A DNA stretch of 64,000 nucleotides from Camelus ferus (Eukaryota). Location: assembly GCF_009834535.1 (NCBI RefSeq), contig NC_045707.1, positions 49,354,001 to 49,418,000 on the forward strand, given 5' to 3'. The number at the start of each line of letters is the position of its first letter. The stretch's first letter is position 1. The notes beneath the pieces are model-generated. The model did no database searches and had not been told where the DNA came from. It saw nothing but the letters and a program-made list of their open reading frames with translations. Shown here piece by piece: positions 1 to 14,014 of the stretch. A program made the position numbers and the translations under genes.

Positions 1-328
1 TACCATTAGATTCTACCAAAATCAATGACTACAGTAAAGACTGAACACAAAGTCCAGTCTTAGACCTCTTTCTTTGCCATCTACATTTACTTTCTAGGTC
101 TTCGAACACAGATCTGTAGCTTGAATTATCACCTAAACTGACGATACCCAAATCTGTATTTCCAGCCTGGACTTTCTCCCTTCTACCATCAAATATTTCC
201 ATAATCCAACTAACTTTCACTTCCATAATCTACTTCTTTAATCTAAGGTAAACATGATAAATTAGCTGCTTCTTAACCAGATTCTCAGCTTTGGCCTTCA
301 GCCTCTTATTCTCAAGGAAGTAGACAGA

Positions 329-962
329 ACCAGAATCCCACTCCTGGGCATATATCCAGAAGGAACCCTACTTCAACATGACACCTGCACCCCAATGTTC
401 ATAGAAGCACTATTTACAATAGCCAAGACATGGAAACAGCCTAAATGTCCATCAACAGGTGACTGGATAAAGAAGATGAAGTATATTTATACAACAGAAT
501 ACTACTCAGCCATAAAAACCGACAACATAATGCCATTTGCAGCAACGTGGATGCTCCTGGAGAATGTCATTCTAAGTGAAGTAAGCCAGAAAGAGAAAGA
601 AAAATACCATATGAGATCGCTCATATGTGGAATCTAAAAAAAAAAAACAAAAAACAACAAAGCATAAATACAAAACAGAAATAGACTCACACACATAGAA
701 CATAAACTTGTAATTTCCAAGGGGGCAGGGGGTAGAAAGAGACAGACTGGGATTTCAAAATTGTAGAACAGATAAACAAGATTATACCGTATAGCACAGG
801 GAAATATATATAAGATCTTATGGTAGCTCACAGAGAAAAAAATGTGACAATGAATATATATACATGTTCATGTATAACTGAAAAATTGTGCTCTACACTG
901 GAATTTGACACAACATTGTAAAATGATTATAAATCAATTAAAAAATGTTAAAAAAAAAAAAA
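329..962 (+). mobile_element. Young 5'-truncated L1 (ORF2 C-terminus, 3'UTR, poly-A)
   Basis: ORF 395-637 reads as the L1 ORF2 C-terminus ([21 protein letters not shown]...YYSAIK). Poly-A tail ends ~962. 15-bp TSD aaggaagtagacaga (314-328) / aagaaagtagacaga (963-977), 1 mismatch. Confidence 0.95.
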
Positions 963-1004
963 AAGAAAGTAGACAGAGCATATAGGTGATTCTTTTAAAA
1001 TGAT

Positions 1005-1575
1005 ATATCATGTCATTCCTCGGCCCAAAAACCTTTAGTGGCTTCCCTTTTTGCAAACAACAACAAAAATAATAACAACAAAGACAAATTTATTGCAATG
1101 CCCTACAAGGTCCTTGGATATATGGCAAACATTATCTTCCCCATGTCACTTTCTGTTACTCTTCCCAACACTTGTTTTCTTCCAGCCCCACTAACTAAAC
1201 CCATTGTTTCTCTGCTACACCAAGTATCCTCCCATATCAGGATCTTTGAATATGCTTTTCCCTATGCTTCAAATACTTCAATTAACTCAGGATTCTGATC
1301 AACAGCCACCTATGCAATGAAGCCTTTCCTGACCTCTCTATATAAAATAATATCTTAACCAACCAAGCCATCTCCTCCTTTTGAATACTTAAATTATTCT
1401 TTGGCAAATGTCAATATATAGGATGTATTTGTTTGTTTTTCTCTTTTCCCTCCACTGGATTTTTAACTCCAAGAGGGTTAGAACTTTAACTCACTGCTAC
1501 ATCCACAGATCGAAGAACAGAGCCCAACACTCTGTAAATACTAGATAAATAACCAGTGAATAAATAAATAAATAA
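1005..1575 (+). mobile_element. L2 3' end remnant
   Basis: L2-like motifs (aaaacctttagtggcttccc; gaagcctttcctgacc) ending in tgaataaataaat. Confidence 0.7.
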
Positions 1576-3339
1576 AATTCGAGTAGTGTAGAGAAATGAT
1601 AACAGACAAGTGTGATCATTAAGCAAGCATTTGAGTTTAACAATAATAGGTTAAGTACATTGCAATATCCAAAAATAAGATGGCCTACTGCATACTGAAG
1701 CTCATTTATGTTTAATGAATATCAAGAATTCTTATTCAATTTGATATGTAGTCGGTTGTTTCTATTTTATTTTGCTCTGTATTAGTATAATGTGTTATCA
1801 GGCTTGGACTAGCCCTTCTTCACATAATACCACAGTAACTCCAGGCTCTGCAGAAAAGGGAGATTATGCCATTTTTTGACTTTCAAAATAAGTATTACCA
1901 AAGCAAAAAAAAAGAAAAAAATCATTTCTTTTATGGTAACTGGAGATTTAGTGTGAACTGATATTTAACTGGCTTAGCAGCCACATCTACCAGCATTTTC
2001 CACGGACAATTTCTACTTGAGTTTTCTCCTTTCTTCCTCCTCCCTAACTTTACGCATTGTCTTCCCTCAATCTGAATGGTTTTCCAGCATTGATTTGCTC
2101 ATAACTTTTTTCTCTGCTTCTGAGATTCATATCAAGTGCCCAATTACCTAACCAACCTTTCCTTAAATCATGTAAGTAGATCAAGTTGCTACTTCTTATG
2201 ATATTATTGCACCATCAACACATATCTCAAAGGTAGAAACTATAAATATCATATAGATATTGCTAGTGCTTTTGATACTGCCTTATCTAGAGTAGGTACT
2301 TATTAAATGTTTTCTGAATGGATGAAAATGCATATAGGAAAACAAACTGGCATTCAAAGATGAGTGGGAGTTCCTGAATTCTTACATTTAGCATTGTAAT
2401 CAGACTGTTCTATATCCCAGAGACAAAGTTCTGCACTGAGGGGGGTAAAAAAGCATTATTTTTTGTAATGTCATATACCTTGAACTGAGGGACAAAAAAA
2501 TATTTAATTTCCTAATGTGCAAACATAATTTAGAGATATTAAACTAGCAAATTCTTCATTCAAGTTAAGCTTTATTTTTACCCAATATGTTTATATATAC
2601 TTTAATATCTATAAATTTTACTTCTTTGAAAACTGATGAACCTAGTAAAGATTAATCATGCACTTTTGTATATGCAGAGCTTTTTAATTTTTTTAAAAAG
2701 TGAGATTTTGATTCTTATAGCTAGAAAAATTATGAAATAAAGTTCATTCCTAACTCCATCACCTCTTGAAACCCTACTCCCTCCCCATTCTTATTGGCAA
2801 GTAAATTTGTCTTTTCTACCAAGTGAGTCACTTGAAATGGGAACATTACTTTATTAGAACCTGCTCGGGTCAAGTTAATCTGAAGAAAATATAATGAAAG
2901 AAAAAAGTTGCTAGGTCATATGAATACAGAAAAGTATATGCAGAAAATCATAACTTACAAATGAATAGTATATGAAACAAAGTTTTTAAATAATGCATTT
3001 TTTGATAGACCTCTATTTTACTAATTTTAGAAATTAAAATATATAATGCTAAAATGGCTGCTTCTCCAAAACCTGTATGAAAAGCAAGAAGACAAAATGC
3101 TCATTATGAGTTTGGTGGTTTTAACAGTATGTCCATAATTTTTTTTATATTCCTCCCTTTGAGAACTGGAACTCAGTTCCTCCTACTTTAAGTATGAGAC
3201 AGACTTAGTGATCCACTTCCAGCAAACAAACAAACAAAAACTGTAGATGGATAGGAATCATATCCATGATTAGGTTACAAAAGGATTTCAGCTTATATTT
3301 TCTATATATTCAATCTCAATCTCTCTGTCTCTGTCTCTG

Positions 3340-4162
3340 ATAAGGATTGTGTTGGATCTATAGATGGCTTTGAATAGTATGGAAAGTTTAACAAATATTA
3401 GCAAGCTGAATTCAAACAAATTAAAAGGATTCTACATCATGATCAAGTGGGATTTACCCCTGGGATGCAAGAATGGTTCAACATACGCAAATCAATAAAT
3501 GAGATACACTACATTAACAGAACAAGAGGTAAAAATTATATGATCATCTCAATAGACACAGAATAAGCATCTGACATAATGCAACATCCTTTCATGATAA
3601 AAATCCTTAAAGGCAAATATAGCAGGAACATACTTCAACATAATGAAGGCCATATATGACAAAACCACAGCTAACATTATACATAATGGTGAAATATTGC
3701 AAGCTTTTCCTCTAAGATCAGGGACAAGACAAAGATGCTCACTCTTACCACTCTAACTTAATATAGTATTGGAAGTCCTAGCTAGAGCAATTAGGCCAAG
3801 TAACAAAAGGCATCCAGATGAGAAAGGAAGAAGATTGTCATTATTTGTAGGTTATATGATTTTATACATAGAAAATCCCAAAGAGTCAACCAAAGATCTG
3901 TTAGAACTAATCCAGTTAAGTTACAGAACATAAAATAAACATACAAAAATCAATTGCATTTGTATATACTAACATCTGAAAAAGAAATAAAGAAGAATAT
4001 CACATTCACAAATCAAAAACAAGAAAACATCTGGGAATGAATTCAACCAAGGAAATGAAAGAATTGTACAACAAAAACAGCAAGGTATTGTTGAAAGAAA
4101 GCAAAGAAGACATAAACAAGGAGAAAGACATCTCCTGTTCATGGATCAGAACAATTAATATT
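3340..4162. mobile_element. L1 ORF2 (RT region) fragment with an inverted segment
   Basis: 3390-4162 is plus-strand ORF2 (gatcaagtgggatttacccctgggatgcaag; ORF 4037 KEDINKEKDISCSWIR). 3340-3400 is the immediately following ORF2 sequence on the minus strand. Confidence 0.85.
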
Positions 4163-4164
4163 AT

Positions 4165-4590
4165 CATGTATTTATTGTTTCACAGTTTGTATCGATCAGG
4201 AGCCCAGCTCAGGAGGATCCAGCTGAGAGTTTCACAAAGCTGAATCATGGCTGAGCTGAATTTCTTTCTGGAACAAGGGTAGTCTTCAAGCTGCTGTTTG
4301 GTAATATTAATTTCCTTGCAGTTGTAGAATTCACAATGGCTTGCTTTTTCCAGGCCAGCAGGAAAGCCTGTCTAACATCTAGACTCCCTTTTAAATGGTT
4401 CACCTGAATAGTCAGGCCCATCCAGGATAATTTTCATCTGACAAATTTAAAGTCAACATATTAAAAACTTTAATTACAGCTGAAAATTCCCTTCACTTTT
4501 GTTATATGTTATTAATCAGGAGGGATTGTATAAAGGTGTGGATATCAGAGGTCAGGAATTGTGAGGCCTATCTTAAAATTCTGGCTGCCA
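4165..4590 (-). mobile_element. MaLR MLT1-type LTR
   Basis: Antisense MLT1 motifs (tttattgtttcacagttt; ttccttgcagttgtag; caggcccatccaggataatt). Confidence 0.65.
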
Positions 4591-6199
4591 GAGACTAAAT
4601 CAGAACAACCCATCTAAGCTGCTCCCAATTTCCGAACTCCTGTGAGAAAATAAATGTTTGTTGTATTAAGTTTTGGGATGTTTCATTACACAGCAATAGA
4701 TGGCTAAAACCATGAGATTATACTTGCATGAACTACATTCGAGGAAGAAGTATACAATATCATCCCTCTTCTTCTCTTTGTTCAGAAATCCCTTTCAGCT
4801 GGAAGTAGATCTTAAAAGAGTACTATATTAAGTAAGGGTACAATCTTTGGGTTTCACCTGAAGACCTTACAGGAAAAAAAGCACAAAGAACTAGAATATA
4901 ATCCCAATACTCAAAAATCAATTTTGGAAATTTATACAGAATTGGCACTAACTCTTAGATCAAATCTTTTAAAAAGCTTTCATATAATACCATCCTTGAG
5001 GTCAAAGTAGAATAGACATTCAGAGGCAGAATCATCGAATGGCCAAATGAAATCAGTGAAAATCTCTACTAAAACATCAGTAATTAAAATTCTTCATATT
5101 GAAATTATAAAATACTTTATTTTCATTAGAAACAAATGCTCATTAAATGAAATTCTGTTTTGTAACAAATGGGGTTAAAACAGTTTCCATACAGGTGTAT
5201 TATATAACCTTTCCTTATTACTTAGTAGGGATAACAAGAATAGTGTCAGTGATATGTGTTTATGTAAAAAAGATTATTTCATTATACATGAAACTGAAAG
5301 TTAATGAAAATAAGTCTAACCTTTAAATTCACAAAGAGGATTTCTGTAGAACCTCTCTTTCCCAATATATAACTGATCTTGTTGGGATTAAACATTTTTA
5401 TTGTGTGTGAGTTAATTACGCATTACTCAAAAGTCATGGATTGTTTATAGTTCATCATGCTTTCAAACACTTGTTAGTTACTTAACTTGCTATTTATATT
5501 AACTTTTTTAGTGTCATAGAAAATCAATTTTAATAAAATGATCAATTCAAAAAGATAACATTAAAAATAGTTATTACTTCTGTCTTGGGGATAAAAGCCA
5601 ATAAAGCTAAAGAAGACAGCTCTGTTTTGGTGAGATTATTTGTATAAATCAAATAGATGAAGGGGAGATGAGGAACTAAGAAATACAACTATAGGAACGT
5701 GGATTTTGAGTTCATTTCAATTTGTCTTTATTATTTTGGAGAATTTCTAGTATTGAAGTGATATCTTCATTCACATATAAGTATAAACATTTTAAAAATC
5801 AAATATAAAGTGATTTCAGACTCTCTGCCTTTTTGCTTATTATATATTACCACTTTTGCAACACTGAGAATAATAAAGAGTTAATCCTATGGGCAATCCT
5901 ACATCCTGTCTTCATGGCCAGAAGCACAACTTCAAAGGAGAAGTGATGAAAATAAGACAGCAGAAGGAAATAGTAAGCAATCAAAATTCCTTTCCTGAGG
6001 AGAAAGAGACCTCTGATATTAACTGATGATAAGGCAATTTATGAATACGAGAATTCCAAAAAAGGAACTTTATAATGCTATCTTTATAATAAACTCTAGA
6101 AACAGGATTTAGGGTAATGTTGCACGGAGGCACGAGCTTTGAAAAAGCATTTCTATGCCCATTATTTCATTTCACTTTCCTAAGTTTCCTGTGAATGAC

Positions 6200-6350
6200 T
6201 AAGGTAGCAGACATCCCTGCCTTTGGCAGATGAGAAACTGAGTCTCAGAAACACTGGTATTGGTTCAAGTTCTCATGGTGATTAAATAGTAGACCTAGGA
6301 ATGAAATTCAAGCCTTATGATTAGTTTTCTGAAGTTTTTCCACTAGGAAA
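6200..6350 (-). mobile_element. MIR SINE
   Basis: MIR core cagatgagaaactgagtctcaga. Confidence 0.6.
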
Positions 6351-7749
6351 TGCTGCCTTGACTTATCCACTGAAAACGTCTTTAAAACTGAATCTCCATG
6401 AACTAATAAGAGCCAAAGAATCTTAATTTTTAAATGAGAATATTAGAATTGTATAACTCTCAGACTCATAGAAATCATCCAAGAGAGTTAAAGAGACAGC
6501 TTTGGTCATACAGTCAGCCTTGCAAAAGAGCTTGGTATGGTAGATTTTAGCATTTTACTGATGAGAAGCGGTAAAGATTAAGTGTAAGATTAGACAGTTA
6601 AAGAGCACTAGAACCATGAGTCTCCACCTCATGCAGCTGCTGGAGTCTAGTGCAAATTAGGGATTTCTAGGTACATTATTCTCAAACTGAAGTGTTCAAA
6701 CCCCAGAATCACTGTCTAAGGACGTGTGTGGATAAACTGGACATATTTTTCCAGAGTGGATTTTATTCAGTACTGGGCACTATAACATAATTTTTCTATA
6801 TTAATGCAATCACAAATATATCATAGCCTTCAAAAATAAAATGAATTATTAAAATAAAAGAGAAGACTTCAATGATATTTCTCACCTTGGTGGTTTCTTA
6901 AATTCTACCCCAAAGCTTCATGGGTATTTATTAACATTCCTGTGCGGTTGGGGCATTCTTTGGAAAAAGTTAGGCAAGCATTGCTTTAGGAGATAAAGGA
7001 CCTTCCTTCCTTTCATCTCTCTCCATGATACAATCCTCCAGCATAAACCCAGATTCTAATTCACATTCTTTTCTTAAAATCCCAGTTCACATCATCATCA
7101 TTAACTAGTCTATAATTTAGGGGTTCCTTATACTTCTTAAAACATATATTCTAAACCCTCTGATTAGACAGAAAGACATCTCCTTCAAAAGTTGGATAAA
7201 GGAACAGCTGTGTGTGTGGTTTCCAAACTCAACACTTCTATTCTAAATAATTGCAATGTTGCCAGTTTTGCACTGACTTCTCGTTGTTGAGTGACTTATG
7301 GTTCCTGCTTCATTTGGCATGCTTTCTGGACTTGCATGTTGGGCCTACCTTAGAACTTCCACTTCCATGTCTCACCTAACTCATAGTCCCTTTCCTTTCC
7401 CTGCCACTCACTCAACCTCTATAAGCTATAACCCCTCTTTTTGCTACACCACATCTATAACACTTCCCAAAACAATCAAGGATGATATTTTACTTAAAAA
7501 CTGACATAGAAATTGAATGAAAGAATAAATGGAATATACAGAACTCTCTGACTCCCTTCAAACATCAAAAATAAAATAATTTTGCCATCCACACTGGGCT
7601 GTCATTGAAGTTCCACTGTTTGTTCTTCCTTGACCCTGCCCCCAGATTTCTAAGATAATAAAAATGTATATATTTTATCTGTCTGTCATAAAATACTAAC
7701 TTGGTTTAACAGTTGCAAGTGTTTTTTGAGATGTTAATGAAATATATTT

Positions 7750-8625
7750 TTTCTTTTTCTTTTATGAATACACTTTATTTTTAGAGCAATTTTAGGTTTT
7801 AAAAAAATTGAGAAGATAGTACAGAGAAATCCCATATACCTCCTCTTTACCTCCTCACAGTTTACCCTATTATTAACATCTTGCATTTCTGTAGTATATT
7901 TGTTACAGTTGACGAATCAAAACTGATAAAATATCATTAACTAAAGGCCATAGTTCACATTTTGCTTCCTTCTTGGTGTTATATAGTTCTAGGGATTTTA
8001 ACAAATTCAGAATGTCATGGGTCTACCATCACAGAACATCTCACTGCTCTAAAATTCCCCTGTACTTTATCTATTCAACCCCTCTTTTCCTCAACCCCTG
8101 GCAACCACTAATCTTTTTACTATCTCTATAATTTTGCCTTTTCCAGAATGTCATATACTTAGAATCATACAGTAGGTAGCCATTACAGACTGGCTTCTTT
8201 CATTAAGCAATATGCAATTAAGGTTCCTATGTGGTTTGTGTACGTGTGTGGGTGGCTTGATAGCATATTTTTATTGCTGAGTAGTATTTCATTACATAGA
8301 TAAGCCAGTTTAACTGTTCACCTTTTGAAGGACATCTTGGTTGAAGTGTGGTAAAATTATGAATATAGCTGCTATCAACATTCAAGTGCAGGTTTTTCTG
8401 TGGACCTAAGTTTTCAATTTATTTGGGTAAACACCTAGGAATGTGATTTCTGGACCATATGGTAGGATGATGTTTAGCTTTGTAAGAAACATAAACTGTT
8501 TCTCAAAATGGCTGTACCATTTTGTATTTCCACCAGCAATGAATAAAAGTTAATGTTGCTCCACATTTTCACCAACATGTAGTATTGTCAGTTTTTTTGT
8601 GTTTGGCCATTCTAACAGATGTCAA
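7750..8625 (-). mobile_element. Old L1 (L1MC/MD-type) 3' end
   Basis: Antisense L1M 3' motifs (ctggcaaccactaatctttt; ttttccagaatgtcatatac; ggctgtaccattttgtatttccaccagcaatg). Confidence 0.85.
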
Positions 8626-9409
8626 ATATTTTTAAAAATTATTTTATTTCATATTGTTTGTTTCTTTTCAAGGTTCACAGCCTACTGAAATAATAAGCTG
8701 TATTCCTGCTAAATTAAAAATAAAACTTAAGCTCTACATGTGTCTAATTCTTTAAAAAGTAAAATATTTATAAATCTAGAAATACCAATAAATATGGTGA
8801 TAAATTTGAATAAGATAGGAACGGAATACAATAAAACTCCTCCAAATCCCCACTATTATACAACCTAAACTTAGAAGAGACACTTAATACTACCATCTTG
8901 AAAGAAATGTTTATATTATTTCCCCTATGAAGAGCAAGCCAATTCCAGTCTGAGCATGAGAAATGAAAGAATAAATGCATGTAATCCGAGCTTTTTAGAA
9001 TCAATTTCAAAGCCACTAAATTTATTTTTGCTGAGATGCAAGCAAGGTTTCAGACACCTATAAATCACCTGATTTACTTTCAGAAAGAAAAAAAGAGATA
9101 AGTAGCTTACTAATGGTGTACACAGATTTCTTCACAAATTTCTTCATAAGGAAAGGCTTAGAGATGAAATAATCTGTATTTTAATAATACATGTATTTCA
9201 TGACTATGTGGATTCACTATGTGGATTCATATCACTCTTTGGAGAAGGAAACAATTAGGAGCTTGATGAGGGTCCACAGAAAGAAAAGACATAAACAATA
9301 ACCAGTGTATTTTTCTCCTGAGGGGTGTAAGATGACACCTTGGGAAGAGGGTGGATTTTACAGACTTGAGGTGGAAAAAGATTTACTGTCTGGTATATAA
9401 TAGATGCCC

Positions 9410-12052
9410 AAGGGTTCTGCAGAGGCTGGGGTTTACAGGAAGCAGATGCTCAGAGACTCCCAGAGACAGAGTTTAGAATGTAGGATGTTAATTAAGACGT
9501 GGCCTTGAGATTAACAGCCATGGGAAAAAAAGGAAAAGAAGTAAGATTGAGCAGAGAGAGCAGAAATGTTGCCAGTTCAACCTAATCGCACCAGTCAAAC
9601 CCCTGGGGAGTTCTAAGCTGAAAGAGCCCAAGAGTGTTGTTTCACTTTGGGCTAAATGGATTGGAACTTTCTATCCTTGCCTCGATCACTCTTTGGATGT
9701 GGACCACCCCTGGAAGGGCATGATCTTGGGAAAAATGGACCTCTCTAGCTGACAGATGCCTAGCTGAATGCTGTCTGCTGATAACACTCCCAGCAGTTTG
9801 GGGATCTCAGGGGTCATATCTGTGTTCACTGCTGGTCACCCCTTGCAGCTCTATGATCACTATCATCACTTTCTCCACACACACCCCTCCCCCTGTCCAT
9901 ATATAGACAGAGCAGTTCTTCCAGAACTTTTCCATTCATTCTATGTCCCTTTCACCTTCAGGTTCTGGTCTTAGTGGCTTACCTAGTAATATGACCTAGA
10001 TCCTTATCCCTTATGGGTGTGAATTCTTGGTCACCATGACCTTCTCAAACCAGGATTGTTATATTTTCCTTTTACCAGCACAGCTGAGTGAGGAAATGTC
10101 AAGAGATGCTCAAGTAAATCCTAGATGCCAAACATATTCTTCCCTGCCTCCACGGAGTAATAGCAGTCCTACCTCCTCCTGATGATCAAGTCAATCACCC
10201 CAGCCAAACTGCTTTCTGATCCCTGCATATGAGGAGACTGAAACAGCTAGGCAGCTTTGCAGTTCTATAAGCATGTCAATATGTCCCATGGCTGGAGAAG
10301 CCCACTTTGGAAAGAGAAACTTGTAACCATGCAGAGACCAGACTTGTAGAAACAGAATAGCCAAATTTGTCCACTGAGTCATTCGGAGTGATAAGTGAAG
10401 CCATTCCTGCTTCTAGTCTTAAGTTTCCAAACCCATGTAACTTTCCAGTGGGGCATAGCACCATATAAAATGTTTTGATTCTAGGTATATACAGCAAACT
10501 GGAGGATGGTGCCCCATCTTCAGAATGTTGATATGAGCTATGTGTACTTTGCTTTGAGTCCTTGAGTTGGCCATTTCCACACTTTATCAGGTCAATAGAT
10601 TCTGGGTGATGCAAAGTGTGATATAATCAGTGAACCCCACAGTAGGAAGCTCACTATTTTGCTGTAAAGCAGATATTTATTGGGAAATAATATAATGTGA
10701 TCTGGTGCTGGTAGATCGAACATTTTCTGAGAACTTAGATAATGGTTTGGCTGAGGCTGTGCAGGCAGAAAAGGCAAACTCATGCAGAGATTATGTGTCT
10801 ATTGTGTTAGAATGGATGTCTGTCCCTTCCAGGTTCCAAAGGATCCAATGTAGTCAACTTGCCAGTTGGTTTCCTTGAGAAATGGTACCATATTGGGAGA
10901 TCAGGATTAGTCTTTGTTACTGGCAGTTTGGACATTCGGCATTGGCAGGAGCTATATCAGCCTGGGTGAATGGGAGCTCACCAACTCTCATGGATCTGTA
11001 AAGAGTCTCCATCTCTGACACTGTGGTCACTTCCTTCACACATTCATTATGCCACTGCTGGGGTGACCACTGTCAAAATCTGGCTGACATCTACTGGCTG
11101 ACTCATTCTATCTTCTTCACTTTTTAATACTTCTATGATGAATATTATCTAATCTAACATGTAATTCTAAGATAGTCACACTTTGTGCCTTCTCTCATAC
11201 ATCTATCTACATTTCTCTACTTCAAACCCCCTTGTCCTTAACCTTCTTGATTTTCTTCCTCTAGGTCCCTGACCTGGCATCAGTGAAACTGTATATACGC
11301 TAATTTTGGACTACTTCCCAAATGGCAGGTGGATAACCAGTTGCATCACCTAAAACTCTGCCCACTGAAATTTATCTTTGCCTCTTCAGTCTCTTTGAAG
11401 ACCACTGCTGAGTAAGGCTGTAATGCAGCTGCTGTCTATTTTTGACTTGTCCCAACATGCCAGGATGACCAAACTGTAAAACCCTGACTTCTTCTTCTTC
11501 TATCAGTTGGTCATACAAAGTCATCACACTGTAATAGGTATAAGCTAAAAGTGGGTACCAGTGCAACAATGGTGGATGGTATGGGTCTGGGCCACCTGCT
11601 CTTACTCTTGTTTGTATTCTCTGGTCTCATTCATAAGTGATCTTGGATATACCACTTCCATCTATGATAGCTTACTGCTACATTCTTCGGTAGATCAGAG
11701 TATACCTAGTTAATAATGGGCCGTTCTAGACTCATGACCACTTACTATCCCATGGTCAGATTTAAAAGTTAAATTGTAATGCAGGCTCAATAGCCACAAA
11801 TAACTCTTCGGGAAGTCTGGAGCTGGAAAGGCTCATCAGAGTAGTCATGCTTTAGGCTAGTATGACCAGTCCTTTATTCCTCTGCCTCAGTTGGTCTTTG
11901 GTTGTGGGCTAACCCTGGAAGGTGTGGCTTTGGGTGAGGCAGCTCTCTAAAACTGAAGCAATCTTTGAGAGAGGTGACAGCTGAAAACTGCTGACAGAAG
12001 TCCCAGCAGCTGGAGGAACCTTGGTGCCATATATCCACATCCATCTCACCAT
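9410..12052 (-). mobile_element. Internally deleted ancient ERVL (class III) provirus: LTR ~9410-9832, pol RNaseH/integrase remnant, partial second LTR ~11780-12052
   Basis: Minus ORF 10276-10614 HHPESIDLIKCGNGQLK resembles ERVL integrase HHPEAAGLIERWNGLLK. ORF 11372-11569 YDQLIEEEE resembles ERVL pol YDQLTEEEK. 9610-9830 and 11810-12050 are diverged direct copies (ccctggaagg..; tcccagcag..). Confidence 0.8.
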
Positions 12053-12229
12053 GTGAAAGAGACAACTTTGTGTTGGTGGGAAAGAAGTAACTCAATTTGT
12101 CTCTAATTCCATAAATATTGTTGATTCCCCAATTGCCAATGCAACCTGTTCCAAATTAGTTATAAAAGAAATAAGATATTATCAAGTAACAAGTTGAATA
12201 AGTGATACATCACAAAGCAGAGGTACCTT

Positions 12230-13110
12230 ACGTATATATAACTAATCTATGACAATGGTGGTACCACAGGGCAGTGGGAAAATGTCTTTTTTATAGCAGA
12301 TATTCACAACTTTTTAATTTTAAGATTAAAAAAAATTACTAACAGTAAAATTTATTTGTTATGCATTGGACAAGTGTATAGAATTGTACATACCACAACC
12401 CAAAATATTCCCTCAGGCTGTCCCTTGACCCAATCTATCTCCTGGCAACCACTGACCTGTTTTCTATCCCTATAGTTTTGCCTTTGTGATGTAAATGATA
12501 ATGTAAATGCCAGAATACCATACAAATGGAACCATACAGTACATTGCCTTTTGTGTCTGGCTTCATTCCCTTAGCAAAATGTATTTGGGATTTATCCATG
12601 TTGCTGCATCTATCAATAATTCATTACCTTTTATTGACGTGTAGCTTTCTACTGTATGTATGTACCACAGTATTTTTTTATTATCTCTTGAAAGACAACT
12701 GGATTGTTTACAGTTTTGGGAGATTATGAATAAAGCTTCTATAAACATTCATGTGTGTGAAAGTAAGTTTTCATTTCTCTTGTGGTAAAAAATCCTATCT
12801 TTTCAATAAATGGTCCTGGATCAATTGGATATCCACAAGAAAAAAACAAAACTAAGTTTTTGTTTCCCATTCATGAAAATTAATCACTAATGGTTTGTAG
12901 ATTTGTAGTGAAATATTTCTCAAGCAGGGTATAGTCATTAATCATAAAGAAATATTTTATTAAGTTGAACTATATTAAAATGAAGAAAATTTGTTTATCA
13001 AAGACACCATTAAGTGGGGAAAAAAGTCTCAGACTGAGAAAAGAAATATATAACATAACAACTAACTGAGGACTTTACATATTTTTATGTAATCAATTAG
13101 AAAATGTAGA
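12230..13110. mobile_element. Old L1 ORF2 remnant (+) interrupted by an L1M 3' end (-, ~12310-12785)
   Basis: Minus ORF 12563-12748 MFIEALFIISQNCKQ is an ORF2 C-terminus. Flanks carry plus-strand ORF2 motifs (tcttttcaataaatggtcctgg). Confidence 0.75.
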
Positions 13111-13857
13111 CAGCTTAAGAGGGGGTGGGGAGGGTGCTGGAAAGACAGAAGGGAATAGACAAGAAAGCTGAAAGGCAAGCTTGCTACCTTCAGAGTGTGT
13201 GCATATGCGTATGCTTGTGTACATGTGTGAATATACCTCTTCCTTGCCTCGCTGGTTTTGTTGAGACAGTTTTCTACAATTTTTCTGTTCTCTTTCTGTC
13301 TTCCTTCTCCCATTGCTGTCCCACCCATTAAGGCAGAGGTAGTTATCTGATTGGGAAGTTTGGAAGAAGACTGAGGCTTGCGTAACCCATTCCTTTCCTC
13401 TCTCCCTTCTCTGGGTGCCCCAGCCTACATGGAACATGTCTCTTGCTTTTTTATAGTTATCACATAAGCTCAGTGCTACGACATGAGCTCAGCTCTAGAG
13501 GCAATTTCCCTACAGTGGGGTTGCTCTGTCCTGTGCAGGATGGCCACAAGGAACTGGGAATGGCTATCTTCTTGGAGAGTTTAGGCTGTTAAGCCTTTTC
13601 AGTAACAATGGCAATCAAAAGCCTTCAACCATCTTGCTGGGTTTTATTTCATTTTGATTTCTAATTTCTCACTTGCTTCAGAGCCAGAATGGAAAAAGGT
13701 AGGGAAGAGAGATGCTAATTATAGAGCATTCTCAATACCCAAATACATAAACTCTCATATGGAATACATTCATAAAATTGTATGCAAATAAGAGTCATTC
13801 TCTCTTAAATGTTATGACATTCTAAACTCGATAATAGAAATACATTTACTTGCTTAC

Positions 13858-13951
13858 CTTCCCTATGTCAAAAAAAATTTTTTTCCCTTCGAGTTTTTCA
13901 CTTCTCTGTATCTTCCATAAAGGCTCACTGAGGCCTTTGATGTCATTTAGT
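13858..13951 (-). other. Candidate exon (94 nt)
   Basis: Minus strand: long pyrimidine tract ...atcttag | ACTAAATGAC...GGGAAG | gtaagc. Open frame LNDIKGLSEPLWKIQRSEKLEGKKIFFDIGK. Confidence 0.25.
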
Positions 13952-14014
13952 CTAAGATCTCAGGGAAGATGAGGAAGAGGAGCAAAAAGAAAGAAGGAAG
14001 GAAGAGAAGAAAAT

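Larger units (their letters stand above)
3110..4712 (+). mobile_element. MaLR MLT1-type LTR (pieces ~3110-3340 and ~4595-4712) split by nested insertions
   Basis: MLT1-like 5' part (tggtggttttaacagtatgtcc...gacttagtgatccacttcc) and 3' part (aataaatgtttgttgtattaag...cattacacagcaataga). Confidence 0.65.

Noticed and set aside
395..637. 80-aa ATG-initiated ORF as a host gene
   Set aside because: It is the C-terminus of L1 ORF2 in a truncated insertion.
9203..9228. Tandem 13-bp duplication actatgtggattc x2 (similar at ~14358, ~37408, ~56635)
   Set aside because: Ordinary slippage micro-duplications, not arrays.
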